The notes: generated from the letters alone by a model not told the origin. A stretch of DNA of 64,000 nt from Alkalispirochaeta sp. (GCA_965242725.1 CBDESZ010000018.1:224001-288000), one strand, 5' to 3'. Positions 1-10,859 are shown, counted from the stretch's first letter. Translations and numbers: made by a program.

Positions 1-2
1 TA

Positions 3-1259
3 TCCGAGCTCTCTCAGATGATCGAGACGCTCCTTGTTCTCGATCCTGCCCGTCGGGATGAATGGCGCGCGGGCCTCGGCGATCTTGCGGCCCGGGGTGA
101 GGAAGAACCGGTGCTGTACGCACTGGGAACCGCATTTCAATCCCAACGTCCGATCGATTTCTTTCACGCCGGCGAGGTGACGGGGATTTCCGAATTTCTT
201 GTAAATGGAGCGCTCATTGCCGCCGCCGGGGGAGACAGGGAACGCGCACGGGAAGGTATCGATCGTCTCCGTGAGGTCACCGGTGGAGGTATGTTGCTTG
301 ACGACGGTGCAACCCTGACGGTATTGCATCTGGCAACATGGATTGATGATTCAGAATGGTTCTTCTCCCTTGTTCAACAACTCGGCGGGCAATATGCCGT
401 AAAACCGGCGGTCCTCTCGATGCAGGCCGATTTTCTCCTGCGGCAGCACCAGTTTGCCCGGGCGGAAGAAATCTACCGGGAGCTGCGCAATCTCCATCCC
501 CGGTGGAGCGCTGCGGCGTTTTCAAACGGAGCCGCTCTCCTTTCTCATGCGGGACGTCCCGGTGCGGAAGAGCTGTATCGCCTCGGAATTGAATATCATC
601 CCAGGGACCTCCATCTGCGCCTGGAGTACGCCTCCTATCTCATCCGTGAAGGGAGACGATTTGACGCCGCCCGCACACTGGCTGCCATCGGCGGGAATCC
701 AAGAGGCGGACGACACTGGCTGCTGGTACGGACTATTCTCGGGCCCCGTCGTCCTGTGGAGCGGCTTGAGGCGGATGCGTGGGACTATCTCAACGATCAC
801 CCGGATGATGCCGAGGTCGCTCAGTTTCTTGCAAGCCTCTTTCTTTTTCGCGGCGATGATCGGGGACTCGCCGATCTTCGCCGGCGGTATCCCCCGGAAT
901 TTGCCGGTTGGGCGGGAACGATACATGGCTATCAGGCGACACGGGAAGGTCGATACGCCGCAGCTGAAGAATTGCTCGAGAACGGCACGACGGCAAGCGG
1001 ATTGTACAACTACGCGCTCTTTCTGTTGCGGCACGGTTCCCTCCCTTCGGCGGAGGAGGCGATTCAACGGGGAGTCCGAAGGGCGGAAGAGCAGAATGAT
1101 CCCTTCTGGCGCGCCCGTTTTTATCTTTTAGCGGCTGAATTTGCCCGTCTGACGGGAGATCTCGACGCCGCAATCGCCCACGCGGACCGCGCCGTTCGCC
1201 TGCGGACCGACATGGAGCACATCTACACCTACCGGTCAATCCTTGCACGCCTCCAGTGA
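3..1259 (+). CDS. Tetratricopeptide-repeat protein, probably 5'-truncated by the window edge
   Basis: Ala/Leu/Tyr-rich helical repeats (e.g. ARAEEIYRELRNLHP, GDLDAAIAHADRAVRL). The frame is open upstream of the ATG at 18 to the window start. Confidence 0.7.
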   Translation, partial: SELSQMIETLLVLDPARRDEWRAGLGDLAARGEEEPVLYALGTAFQSQRPIDFFHAGEVTGISEFLVNGALIAAAGGDRERAREGIDRLREVTGGGMLLDDGATLTVLHLATWIDDSEWFFSLVQQLGGQYAVKPAVLSMQADFLLRQHQFARAEEIYRELRNLHPRWSAAAFSNGAALLSHAGRPGAEELYRLGIEYHPRDLHLRLEYASYLIREGRRFDAARTLAAIGGNPRGGRHWLLVRTILGPRRPVERLEADAWDYLNDHPDDAEVAQFLASLFLFRGDDRGLADLRRRYPPEFAGWAGTIHGYQATREGRYAAAEELLENGTTASGLYNYALFLLRHGSLPSAEEAIQRGVRRAEEQNDPFWRARFYLLAAEFARLTGDLDAAIAHADRAVRLRTDMEHIYTYRSILARLQ

Positions 1260-1271
1260 AAGTGCTAACCT
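1243..1271 (+). promoter_or_regulatory. Putative sigma70 promoter of map (leaderless geometry)
   Basis: TTGCAC-17 nt-TAACCT with TG extension, 6 nt before ATG 1278; no SD. Confidence 0.5.
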
Positions 1272-1277
1272 CCTGCA

Positions 1278-2070
1278 ATGATTCGCATCAAGACGGCCAA
1301 ACAGATCGCGGGTATCCGCGAGTCCTGTCATCTCCTGGCCGAGGTACTCGATATATTGGAAAACGCCGTTGAAATCGGCATGACCACCCGCGACCTCGAT
1401 GAACTGGCGCAGAAAGAGATCGCTCTTCGGGGTGGAAGACCCGCATTTTTGGGCTATCAGGGTTTTCCCGGCGCCCTCTGTACGTCCGTCAATGAAGAGG
1501 TGATCCACGGTATACCCGGTGAGAGAAAACTGAATCGGGGGGACGTTGTAAGTATAGACTGCGGAATCGAGTACCGCGGGTACTACAGTGATTCCGCCAT
1601 TACCGTTCCCGTCGGTGAGGTTTCACGGGAGATCGCACGACTTCTTGAAGTGACCCGACGGAGCCTCCAGGATGGAATAGATGCGGCTGTCTACGGGAAC
1701 CGGGGTAAACCGATATTTCCCGGGCGGTATACAATACCGTGAGCCGCGAGGGTTACGGAGTCGTCCCGTCCCTATTGCGGCCATGGCGTCGGACTTTCTC
1801 TCCACGAAGACCCCCAGGTCCCCAACTATGTGGGCCACGGCCCCAATCCCCGCCTGAAGCCCGGTATGGTTCTCGCCATAGAACCGATGGTCAATCTGGG
1901 TATCGACGACGTGGACGTTCTCGACGACGATTGGACGGTCGTAACCGGCGATCGCCAGGTTTCGGCCCATTTTGAACATTACCGTGGCGATATTCAGGGA
2001 TCACACGGAAGTACTCACCCGGCGTCCGTCGGAGTCGGTACGATCCGAGATGGAGGCATCGGCAGTATGA
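1278..2070 (+). CDS. map: Methionine aminopeptidase type I (frameshifted in this sequence)
   Basis: Motifs [41 protein letters not shown] and SAHFEHTV lie in different frames; apparent indels near 1705, 1770 and 1980; stop TGA at 2068-2070. Confidence 0.9.
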
Positions 2071-3563
2071 GAAGACTACGCGCAATTCACCTCCTTGTAA
2101 CGGGGATGGTCGCAGGAATCGTCATTTCGGTCCTGTTTATCTCCTGTTCAACCAACGACAACGGTTCAGCCGGGCAGTCTCGCCGTCCCGGCCCGACGGT
2201 GAGACGACCCCGCGCCGCCCGGGACCTGCAGGAGAGTTTTCGGGCGGTGTCGCGATCGATATTGCCAAGCGTCGTGCGCATCGATGTTGAAGAGGTGCGT
2301 ACACAGTCGGCGCCGCAGGGCGATGACACTCCGTGGTTCGATTTCTTTTTTTGGTGAACCCCGATTCCGAGCAGCCTGATTCGGAGGAACGGGAATTTCG
2401 CACCCAGGGTCTGGGATCGGGGGTGATTGTACGCCGTGACGGAGACGTATATTACGTCCTCACCAATGACCACGTGATCGAAACGCCAGTGCCATTACGG
2501 TCACCCTCGATAACTCCACGAGTTACGACGCAACAATCGTCGGAAAGGACGCACGAAAGGATCTCGCTATGATTTCCTTTACCAGCGACGACGATATTCC
2601 CGTCGCGGCGTTGGGCGATTCCGACTCGTTGCAAGTGGGAGATTGGGTGCTGGCAATCGGCAGTCCCTTCGGCTTTCAGTCAACCGTTTACTGCGGGGAT
2701 TGTCAGTGCACTGGGTCGTCGGGGTGGCCCCGCCGGCAATATCAGCGATTTTATTCAGACCGACGCGGCAATCAATCGCGGAAACAGCGGCGGCGCCCTC
2801 GTCAATCTGGACGGCGAAGTGGTAGGAATAAACACTTGGATCACCTCTCAGACGGGAGGAAGTGTCGGGGCTCGGTTTTTCAATTCCCATTAACAACGTC
2901 ACCCGTTCCATCGATGATTTCGTAGAAACGGGATCCGTCCGATACGGATGGCTGGGCGTGAGCATTCGAAGCATCACCGCCGACATTGCCGAAGATCTTG
3001 CACTGCCGCACCGCAGGGGAGCGTTGGTGCATCACGTTTTTCTCGACAGCCCCGCCGAAAAGGGTGGATTGCGCCCCGGCGATTTCATCACTGAAATTAA
3101 TGGTACGAGAGTTGAAAACTCGGACGCCCCTCGTTCTCGAAGTGGGGGAACTTCCCGTCGGCAGGGGACGCCGACTTTGTCCTCTTCCGTAACGGACCGG
3201 GAAGAACGCCTCTCCGTCCGTATTGCCGAGCGGGAATCGGAACGGGAAATCGCCAATCTGAACATGCGCCTCTGGCCGGGATTTTCGGTATTCCCCCTCT
3301 CGCCGGAGATTCGGGATGAAATGGAAAATTGCATCGACAGTAGACGGATTGGTCGTCAGTACTGTGGAGAACCGGACTTCCCGCAGCGGCAAGCGGCCTG
3401 CGCGTCGGTGACGTGGTGACACGGGTTCTTGGTACGTCCGTCGCAACAATGCGCGATTTTTACCGTCAGTTGCCTCCTCCGGGAGAATCTACGACAATAA
3501 CGGTTATGAGGAATGGCGGAAGAAATGGAAGTTACGATTCAACGAGGTGGAGCAGCACAATGA
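2067..3563 (+). CDS. htrA: DegP/HtrA (Do family) serine protease with PDZ domain and lipoprotein-like signal (frameshifted)
   Basis: MRRLRAI..LFISC signal; [48 protein letters not shown] and PDZ ([17 protein letters not shown]) are spread across several frames; ATGA overlaps at both ends. Confidence 0.88.
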
Positions 3564-4163
3564 GTGTGAAGGAATTCATTCCCTACGACATCATTCGCAA
3601 TAACGCCATAGCCCTGGCTCACGATATTTATCGCTCCGGCTTTGTCCCCGACGTCATATACGTCAGTCCTCCGCGGCGGCGCATATATGGGCAATGTGAT
3701 CAGCGAATTTTTCAAATTTGTCCGTCGAGGACAGCGTCCGGTTTTTTTACGCCGCCGTCGTCGCCCGTTCCTATACCGACATCCACCAGCAGGAAAAAGT
3801 GAGCGTCGACGGATGGACATACAGCCCTGAACACCTCCGTTCCGGTGACCGCATCCTACTTGTGGACGATATATTTGATACCGGTTCGTACAATCAACCA
3901 TCTTGTGGAGATCATACTTGAAAAGGGTATTCCCCGGGGACGATATCAAGGTGGCGGTCCACGACTACAAGATCAGATCCTATGCAGGTGAACGATTGCC
4001 CATTCAGCCCGATTACTACTGCCGCCGTCACGATATTGAACATCCCGCGGACGATCAGTGGATTCACTATCTCAGCCATGAGCTGGTCGGTCTTGAACCG
4101 GGAGAGATCGATGGGCAATTCAAAGATGACAGAATAAAGGATATTCTACACAGCCTGCCATGA
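3560..4163 (+). CDS. Type I phosphoribosyltransferase, spirochaete type (frameshifted)
   Basis: PDVIYVSLRGG and PRPP-binding loop ILLVDDIFDTG; three apparent indels near 3668, 3745 and 3886. Confidence 0.8.
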
Positions 4164-7100
4164 AGCTACTCGTCCGGACCGTTCTATGCGCGCTTCTCAT
4201 CGGAGTGCCCGCCTTCGGGGCGGAACCGGACGCATTTACCCCGCCCGTTGAAGCCGGTAGATATGGAACAGCCGTGGTCATTGCGCCGGACGCACCGGGT
4301 TCGTTGAATTACCGGTTCGTCACGTCCGCCGGCACGGCCCATACCGAATTTTTCATACCCCTCGATGCTCCGTTGCTGCTCGATGTTCCTCCGTCGGCGG
4401 AGGGGACCTATAACCTCGAGTTTCAGAGAAGAGCCGACGGTGAGATTTTCGGCCCCTATACATACATAGTTGATCGTGCGCTGCCTCAGAGTCCCCATCC
4501 GGACCGCGCACCCGGCGTGTACTCACAGGGGGTGGATATCTCATTTTCCACTCCCGATGAGGTGGTGGACGTGCGGTATGCCCTCCGGGCAAGCCCCCGG
4601 GAAACGCAGTCCCGTCACGCCCGGTTCATCTCTCTGGGAGGGAATGAACCCATTACCCTTGCCGGTACGGCGGGAGCCGTGGTTGACATCACGATCTACG
4701 TATATGCGATCGATGGTGCCGGAAACCGGAGCGGGACGTCTCAGTGGACATACAGAATTGACCGTCGGAACGAGGTTTCTCACGATTTGGACCTTATCAA
4801 GAGTCCCGTTTCCGGTTCATATGCAAATGAACAACTGCTGTATCTTGCCACGGCGGGATATCGAAATCTCCGCGTCCGCCTTGAAGGACCTGACGGGGTC
4901 CGTACCTTTCCGTACACCGGGGAGACGATCATCGGGGGGCACGGCGGCTTTACGGCGACCGTTTCCGCCCGGATCGTTGATACCGGGGAGGAAGTGGTCA
5001 GGACGGTCGCCTGGGTTCAGGGCAGGGAAGAGGCGGAGGGACTCCCAAGCGGCAGGTACACAGAAACGGTAACCGTGTTTGACGGTCATCGCGATACACC
5101 TCCGCGTTTTTCACTGGAAGATCGCCCGGTCAAATTGAGCGACAACCGCATTCTTGAACCTCTGCAGCTGCGCGTTGCCAATGACGTCCTGAGGACGGTG
5201 GTGCTGCGACTCAGCGGCGGCAGCGATGGCTCAACGGAGGAGCGTCGCCTCTTCTACATACTCGATGGTCGGAAAATGCCTCCTCCTGAATTCGCCGCGT
5301 ATGACGGTAATGTCGTTCTCTATTCATTGGCGGGGGCGGAAATTGAATACGCCCTCTCCGATGGAGGACAACCCGACTGGCGGCGCTACGCCGGACCGTT
5401 CCAGCTTGATCCCGGCGATATCGACGGAGCCCTTGTCGCACGAGGACGTTTCACCGGCGCCGAATGGGGCGCAACTGCACGAATTCCAGCTTCGCAGGTG
5501 GCCGCGGCCCTGGATACCTTTCGACGTCCCGCTGCGGCCTCCGCCGCACTAAGGCAGGAAGGTGACGTCGTTGTGATTTCTCCGACCGGAGATTTTGTCC
5601 AATACACGGACGCCCCGGACAGGGACGGCGCCGGGATATTCACACTCTATGGGCAGGAACGCGCCGTGTGGCATCTCCCGCGGGGCTACCGATCGACAGT
5701 CACCAACACATTTACCGACGATGAACCGTCGGTCACCCTTCTCAACGCGCCTCCGGCGCCACCGCACATATTCCGTGTTGACGGCGGATTTCGCATAGAT
5801 TCTTCCCTGGACGCGTTCTATCGTGTGGACGGGGGTTCCTTTCTTCCCTATGCGGGCGGAACCGTCGAACTCCCGCCCGGGAACGGTCTGCGCAGGGACT
5901 ATCTGGTGGAAGGGTATGTACGCTCCGCCGACGACGTCAGTCCGGTGGTGAGTCATGTTTTTTCCGTTGACCGGCGGGAGTTGATATTGCCGGCATTTCT
6001 GAATCCCCCGGAGTCGGAGATCACCGGCGACGGCATGTACCTCACGAATGCAGCGGAGTTCTCGATCACCTTCGCCCCGTTTGACGACGACATGCGGATA
6101 CATTATGAAATCGCCGAAGGACGACGGGCACCGATACCGAATCAGGGAAGCCCGATTCTGTCCAACGGCGGTACGGTTACGCTGTCGACGGAAAACGGTT
6201 CCCGTCGGGAGTATTCGGTACGTATGCGCGGCCGATTTACAGGTCGGACCGGGTGGACGGAGACACGGGAAATTCGTGTCGTCCTCGACCGGGACGGACC
6301 GGCGCCGCCGGTCGTGAAAGACGGGGGCACAGCGGGTCTGGTAGTCGGCAGGGAGAGAATCGTCGAGTTTGAAGCTCCCCGGGACGACGGAGAACTGTGG
6401 TTCCGCATCGGCCCGGACGGCCCCTTTCAACCGTACCGTCGAGCAGTCGCCGTAAGGAGACCGGGATCGTCGACTGAGACGGTCGTGCTCGAGGCGTACT
6501 CCGTCGATGAAGCGGGAAACCGGTCATATTTACAGCCGCCGTTGACGATTCCCTTTGCAGCAACCGCCATTCCAACGCCGGATATTACGGCAGACGGTGA
6601 GCCCCTTTCCGGTGCGCGTCATATTGTTGATGCGGGAGCGTCAATCGGGATCGCCGTTGCGGCGCCACACCGCGCCTTCTGGCGCCTCTATCCCCCGGAG
6701 GATCGCGAAAAGCCGGCGTTTCAGGAGTACCGTGACGGGGATGCCGTGACGTTCGGTGGTGAACGGGGGCTCTATGTCGTGGAGGCGTACCTCCTGGACG
6801 AGACGACGGGCAGTCGCAGCTCAATCCGGCGCATGGAAGTCGCGGGAAGCTCTCTGCAGGCCGAAATTCCTGACGAACCCTTCATCATTCGGGATGAAGA
6901 GGGCAACAGTGGAATCGCGACGTGGCCGGGACGTGCCGACCGGAGCATATATGCCTCCCTTTCATCTGAAACGACCGGGTTCCAGCCCGTGGATGAAAGC
7001 TTCCCGTGGCGTATACCGGACGGTGCGGAGCACATAACGATATCCTATTACGTACGGGACGATGCAAAAGGGCGCTCAGAGACGCGGAAGGTGACCATAT

Positions 7101-8860
7101 CACGGACGACGGTACCCCGCCGTCCCGATATTACCGGCGCTGATGAGGGAGCCGTCTATACGGCACCCCGCACGATTACGTTTGAGGGCGACGGCGATAT
7201 CAGATACACCCTTTCCACTGACGGCAGAGAAGCCCCACCGGTACATCCCCTGTCGGCGCGCTATGAAGGCCCGTTTTCACTTGACGTATCTCCGGGAGAA
7301 GATGTGACGTTCCACCTCCGCGCGGCCGCCGTAGGTGATGATGGTGCACTCTCCCCGGACCGACGGGTATCCTTCCGGATCGATAAGGCTGCTCCGGCAC
7401 CCCCGGTCCTTGTTGGAGCCGAGGACGGAGACTATTTCCCCGACACCACAAAAGTTCGATTGGAAAACGGGGAAGAAGATCAGCAGACCGACATCTATTA
7501 CCGACTGGGCGATGATCCGGACCGTGAGTACGGGAGGTACGACGGATCCCCGATAACACTCGCACTGGTTCCCGGCCAGGTCACAACCTATCGTATCGAG
7601 TCATACGCCCGCGACCGGGCAGGCAATAGAAGCCAGCACGTCGCCGCGTGGGACGTTCATGTGGACGGTGCAATCATCTATGTCGACCCATCCGCAACCG
7701 CGGGCGACGGTACCCGGGAGCATCCATTCACTCACATCGGGGAGGCCTATGATCTCCTCAGGCGGTCGGATCGGCGGACGATATTTCTTGCCGGCGGCGA
7801 ATATCGTCCCGACGCTTCGCTCTTCAGTGCCGCCACGGAAGAATCGGAAGCCGTTTCAATCATCGGCGGATTTGACGGGTCAACATGGATGAAAGGAAAC
7901 GTCAGTTCCACTTTGACCTTCCCGGAGGCACGGCCTCTTCCCATTACATCGGATATTCTCCTGCGGGACGTTGTGCTCGCCGGAACGCCCTCGGTCGAGA
8001 TTTCCGCCGAAAACGTCATTTTTCAGAGGCTCCTCGCAGGTGAAACGATGATTCGACATCGCCGAGGAACACTGACCGCGACCGTCCTGGTGGCGTCGGA
8101 ACTTCTCAGCTCCGGCGGGACGACACGGGCGGAAATTTCCCAGTCAGAACTTGGGGGCGTGGTCGTACGAGACGGCGCAACCGTAACGATTACGGAAAGT
8201 ACGATCCGGAAGCATGACGGCGGCGCGTCGGGGGGCGGCCCGAGCGGCTCGGGCGGCCCGACCGCAGGCGGTATCGTTCCCCTTCGCGTTTCCGGCGGAA
8301 ATCTTTCAATCGACCGCTCCGTCATCAGCGCTTCCGGCCCCTCCTTTGTCCATGGAGTATCCTCCCGCGGTGGGAACGTGACGATTCGCCGTTCCGTCCT
8401 TCACCTTTCCGGAGGCTCCGAAGGCATCGGCGTCGTCGCAATTGACAGCACCGTCGTTGTGGAAGAGTCGGGTATCTTTCTCTCCGGAGGCGCCGACGGC
8501 CTCCGACGGGCGATGCAGGTCACAGGTACCAACGGACAGTCTCATATTCTGGACAGGGTGGTGATGGTCGCCCTTGATGGAGGAGGGAATGCAGCGATTC
8601 GAATGGGCAGCCGAAGCAGTGTCGACCTGATTGAAATCGCAGTGTCCGGCTGGACGCACGCGGCCGTTCAGGAGGTTCCATCCGGATGGGGCAGAGCGAC
8701 GACGCTGAGCCGTGATTCAACAGTTGAATTGGATACGGATGTGCTCTCCCGGGTTAATGCGACGATCTCCGCAGAACGAATGCCGGTGCGGGACGAAATC
8801 CTTGCGTTCCTTCAGGAAATTGTGTCGGCGACATTTGGAAGCAATACATCGGGGCGATAG
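4160..8860 (+). CDS. Large exported protein (1566 aa) with repeated Ig/Fn3-associated (chitobiase C-terminal-like) modules and a C-terminal DUF1565/beta-helix-like region
   Basis: Signal peptide; repeated Y-x-x-D-x-AGNRS and DR/K-x-x-P-x-PP motifs; IRYTLSTDG..P; IYVDPSATAGDGTREHPF followed by Gly/Ser/Val-rich strands. Confidence 0.7.
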   Translation: MKLLVRTVLCALLIGVPAFGAEPDAFTPPVEAGRYGTAVVIAPDAPGSLNYRFVTSAGTAHTEFFIPLDAPLLLDVPPSAEGTYNLEFQRRADGEIFGPYTYIVDRALPQSPHPDRAPGVYSQGVDISFSTPDEVVDVRYALRASPRETQSRHARFISLGGNEPITLAGTAGAVVDITIYVYAIDGAGNRSGTSQWTYRIDRRNEVSHDLDLIKSPVSGSYANEQLLYLATAGYRNLRVRLEGPDGVRTFPYTGETIIGGHGGFTATVSARIVDTGEEVVRTVAWVQGREEAEGLPSGRYTETVTVFDGHRDTPPRFSLEDRPVKLSDNRILEPLQLRVANDVLRTVVLRLSGGSDGSTEERRLFYILDGRKMPPPEFAAYDGNVVLYSLAGAEIEYALSDGGQPDWRRYAGPFQLDPGDIDGALVARGRFTGAEWGATARIPASQVAAALDTFRRPAAASAALRQEGDVVVISPTGDFVQYTDAPDRDGAGIFTLYGQERAVWHLPRGYRSTVTNTFTDDEPSVTLLNAPPAPPHIFRVDGGFRIDSSLDAFYRVDGGSFLPYAGGTVELPPGNGLRRDYLVEGYVRSADDVSPVVSHVFSVDRRELILPAFLNPPESEITGDGMYLTNAAEFSITFAPFDDDMRIHYEIAEGRRAPIPNQGSPILSNGGTVTLSTENGSRREYSVRMRGRFTGRTGWTETREIRVVLDRDGPAPPVVKDGGTAGLVVGRERIVEFEAPRDDGELWFRIGPDGPFQPYRRAVAVRRPGSSTETVVLEAYSVDEAGNRSYLQPPLTIPFAATAIPTPDITADGEPLSGARHIVDAGASIGIAVAAPHRAFWRLYPPEDREKPAFQEYRDGDAVTFGGERGLYVVEAYLLDETTGSRSSIRRMEVAGSSLQAEIPDEPFIIRDEEGNSGIATWPGRADRSIYASLSSETTGFQPVDESFPWRIPDGAEHITISYYVRDDAKGRSETRKVTISRTTVPRRPDITGADEGAVYTAPRTITFEGDGDIRYTLSTDGREAPPVHPLSARYEGPFSLDVSPGEDVTFHLRAAAVGDDGALSPDRRVSFRIDKAAPAPPVLVGAEDGDYFPDTTKVRLENGEEDQQTDIYYRLGDDPDREYGRYDGSPITLALVPGQVTTYRIESYARDRAGNRSQHVAAWDVHVDGAIIYVDPSATAGDGTREHPFTHIGEAYDLLRRSDRRTIFLAGGEYRPDASLFSAATEESEAVSIIGGFDGSTWMKGNVSSTLTFPEARPLPITSDILLRDVVLAGTPSVEISAENVIFQRLLAGETMIRHRRGTLTATVLVASELLSSGGTTRAEISQSELGGVVVRDGATVTITESTIRKHDGGASGGGPSGSGGPTAGGIVPLRVSGGNLSIDRSVISASGPSFVHGVSSRGGNVTIRRSVLHLSGGSEGIGVVAIDSTVVVEESGIFLSGGADGLRRAMQVTGTNGQSHILDRVVMVALDGGGNAAIRMGSRSSVDLIEIAVSGWTHAAVQEVPSGWGRATTLSRDSTVELDTDVLSRVNATISAERMPVRDEILAFLQEIVSATFGSNTSGR

Positions 8861-8969
8861 ACGGCAGCGGGGTGCAGGCAGTACGAATCACCCATGCTCG
8901 ACACGGCTCGTCACGGCCACCGGGAGTGGGACAATACGCCCGGCAATACGCCCGGCGTCCGCTATGAGA

Positions 8970-10145
8970 CTATTCCCAGCGCCACTCGGGATCACCCGTT
9001 GAAGGATATGCGGTGGACCACAACCCCTTGCCGTACGTGAGGGCAAAGACAATGTCCGCACCGCTCACTTCAAAGTGACGAAATTTGTTTATCGACGAGA
9101 CGGCAAGTTCACTTGCATTGTAGGTGTTACCGTGGTCGTTGGAGAGGCCGGAAATTGAATAATTGTTGTCACTTCCGGTAACCTCGCCCTCATAATAGCC
9201 TCGGGGCAGGGGATCGTCGTCCCGATGGTACTGGAGCGTCGTGACGAGAAATCTATTACGATTGGAGATCCACTGGATATCCCGGGACCGGCGGCCGTTG
9301 AGATCGGCCCCGGAAATCCACGTCGGACTTGAAGAACCGACCGACGTGTCGGCGAGAAATATTTCACCGTCGGCATCGGTCACGGCAATAATGCTGTCAC
9401 CGTTGTAATCGGAGTATCCGATTCCCCCAAGCTCTGACGCACCCGGTTCAGTCATTGGAGTTAACGTCGTTCGGGCGGCGTTGATGTGGACCATGCTTCC
9501 ATCGGTTCCGACGAGGTAGTAGACATTGCCGTCGGCGCCATTCCGGACCCCGTCACGAATTCCTCCGGTACCGTCGATAGCCCACGCCAGCGTATTGTCC
9601 GGTGAGGAGGAAACGGCGGAAGACCAAATAAGCAGATCATCATCGACGGTCGTCACGAATATCACATCATCAACGCCGACCATACCGCTGATGGTGGCCG
9701 AGCTTGTGTAGACCTGACTCCAGCTCCCGTCCGAGGCCAGACGGTAAATCGCGGAGCCGTCGGACTCATCTTCCTGGAATACCACGTAAATCTCGTCGGC
9801 AGGACCGGTGATTGCGTCACCTCCGAGGCCCGCTCCGTTTGTCGCGTACCGACCGGCAACGAAGGCGGCGAGGCGGTTTCCGGGAGAGCGTTTTTCGTCC
9901 CAGTTTCCGCCGTCCACAGAACGGGTGAAAACCTTTATACCCACACCGGCCACATAGGTGTCCTGGCCGTTCACCGTGCCCCACTCGAGACCGGAAATGC
10001 TCGTGTTTTCCGGCAAATTTCCCTTCTTGATCTCTTCTTCAATGGCGATTGTGGCAAAAATACCCCGTTCTCCTTCGCTGCATCCGGACAATGCAAGGAG
10101 CGCGAGGAAGGAAAGGGCTATGACAGATACATATCGTGCATTCAT
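8970..10145 (-). CDS. Lipoprotein, probable beta-propeller, resembling the treponemal Tp0136 family
   Basis: Lipobox LSGC; N-terminal GIFATIAIEEEIK and C-terminal GLWS...EWRWE; beta-rich. Confidence 0.55.
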   Translation of the reverse strand: MNARYVSVIALSFLALLALSGCSEGERGIFATIAIEEEIKKGNLPENTSISGLEWGTVNGQDTYVAGVGIKVFTRSVDGGNWDEKRSPGNRLAAFVAGRYATNGAGLGGDAITGPADEIYVVFQEDESDGSAIYRLASDGSWSQVYTSSATISGMVGVDDVIFVTTVDDDLLIWSSAVSSSPDNTLAWAIDGTGGIRDGVRNGADGNVYYLVGTDGSMVHINAARTTLTPMTEPGASELGGIGYSDYNGDSIIAVTDADGEIFLADTSVGSSSPTWISGADLNGRRSRDIQWISNRNRFLVTTLQYHRDDDPLPRGYYEGEVTGSDNNYSISGLSNDHGNTYNASELAVSSINKFRHFEVSGADIVFALTYGKGLWSTAYPSTGDPEWRWE

Positions 10146-10158
10146 GCGGTAATAACTC

Positions 10159-10776
10159 CTAGAAGCGATACATCACCGAAAGGGTGGAAGAGAGGAAATT
10201 GCCGAACCGCGTATCCTCCGCGGGAGGGTTGGAACCTGTGTAAACCTGAGGTACCCACCACCACCGGAGATCGACGCCAAAGGCCCACTCGGTGGTGTAG
10301 TTCCAGTAAAAACCGGCGCCGGGTATGAGAATGGCGTCGGTCTTGAAATTCTCCTCAAAGCGACTGAAATTCACACCGGCGGCGATGCTCAGGGGAAACT
10401 CGAAAGGATAGGCCCGGAGAAAATAGGTGAACCGCGCGGCGAGGGGGATCATATAGAGGGTGTTGCGGTTCGGGGTGAAGGCAAACATGCCGCCAAACTC
10501 CCCGCCAACGGCCATATTGTTATTGAGAAAACTGCTCCACTGAAGATGGCCCGTTCCTCCCATCGTCAGATTGGCGTCTTCCATTCCGTCGGGTCCGCCG
10601 GTATAGAAGAGGGGAAACAGAGCTCCCAGATTGAGGGACAACACCTGATCGCCCAGGCCGTAAGTGGGCTGGAATTCCTCATTTGAGGCGTCCTGCGCGG
10701 CTACTGCACTCACCGCGATGAAAGAAAGTGCTACGACAATAACGGTGCGGAATGTATCACGAGTGAAATTCGACAA
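10159..10776 (-). CDS. TP0733-family (OmpW/OprG-like) small outer-membrane beta-barrel
   Basis: Signal peptide, GDQ..LNLGALFPLF, alternating aromatic strands, C-terminal YRF; TTG start with AAGGAG SD; lies next to folD as in Treponema. Confidence 0.75.
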   Translation of the reverse strand: MSNFTRDTFRTVIVVALSFIAVSAVAAQDASNEEFQPTYGLGDQVLSLNLGALFPLFYTGGPDGMEDANLTMGGTGHLQWSSFLNNNMAVGGEFGGMFAFTPNRNTLYMIPLAARFTYFLRAYPFEFPLSIAAGVNFSRFEENFKTDAILIPGAGFYWNYTTEWAFGVDLRWWWVPQVYTGSNPPAEDTRFGNFLSSTLSVMYRF

Positions 10777-10800
10777 TGATCACTATCTCCTTGGCGGGCA

Positions 10801-10829
10801 ATACTATCACGCCCTTATCGGCCTGACAA
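10801..10829 (-). promoter_or_regulatory. Putative sigma70 promoter for the barrel/lipoprotein operon
   Basis: Minus strand TTGTCA-17 nt-TAGTAT with TG extension; its -35 overlaps the divergent folD -35. Confidence 0.55.
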
Positions 10830-10851
10830 CACGAGGAGAGTTGTGTACAAT
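10823..10851 (+). promoter_or_regulatory. Putative sigma70 promoter of folD-purH (leaderless geometry)
   Basis: CTGACA-17 nt-TACAAT, 8 nt before ATG 10860. Confidence 0.55.
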
Positions 10852-10859
10852 GCCGTATC

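Noticed and set aside
8932..8955. Tandem 12-mer CAATACGCCCGG x2 in a convergent intergenic gap
   Set aside because: Only two copies, no spacer, and no recurrence noticed; not CRISPR or iteron-like.
10777..10859. ZMP/ZTP or purine riboswitch upstream of folD-purH or guaB
   Set aside because: The spacers are under 90 nt and filled by divergent promoters that abut the start codons; no aptamer motifs seen.
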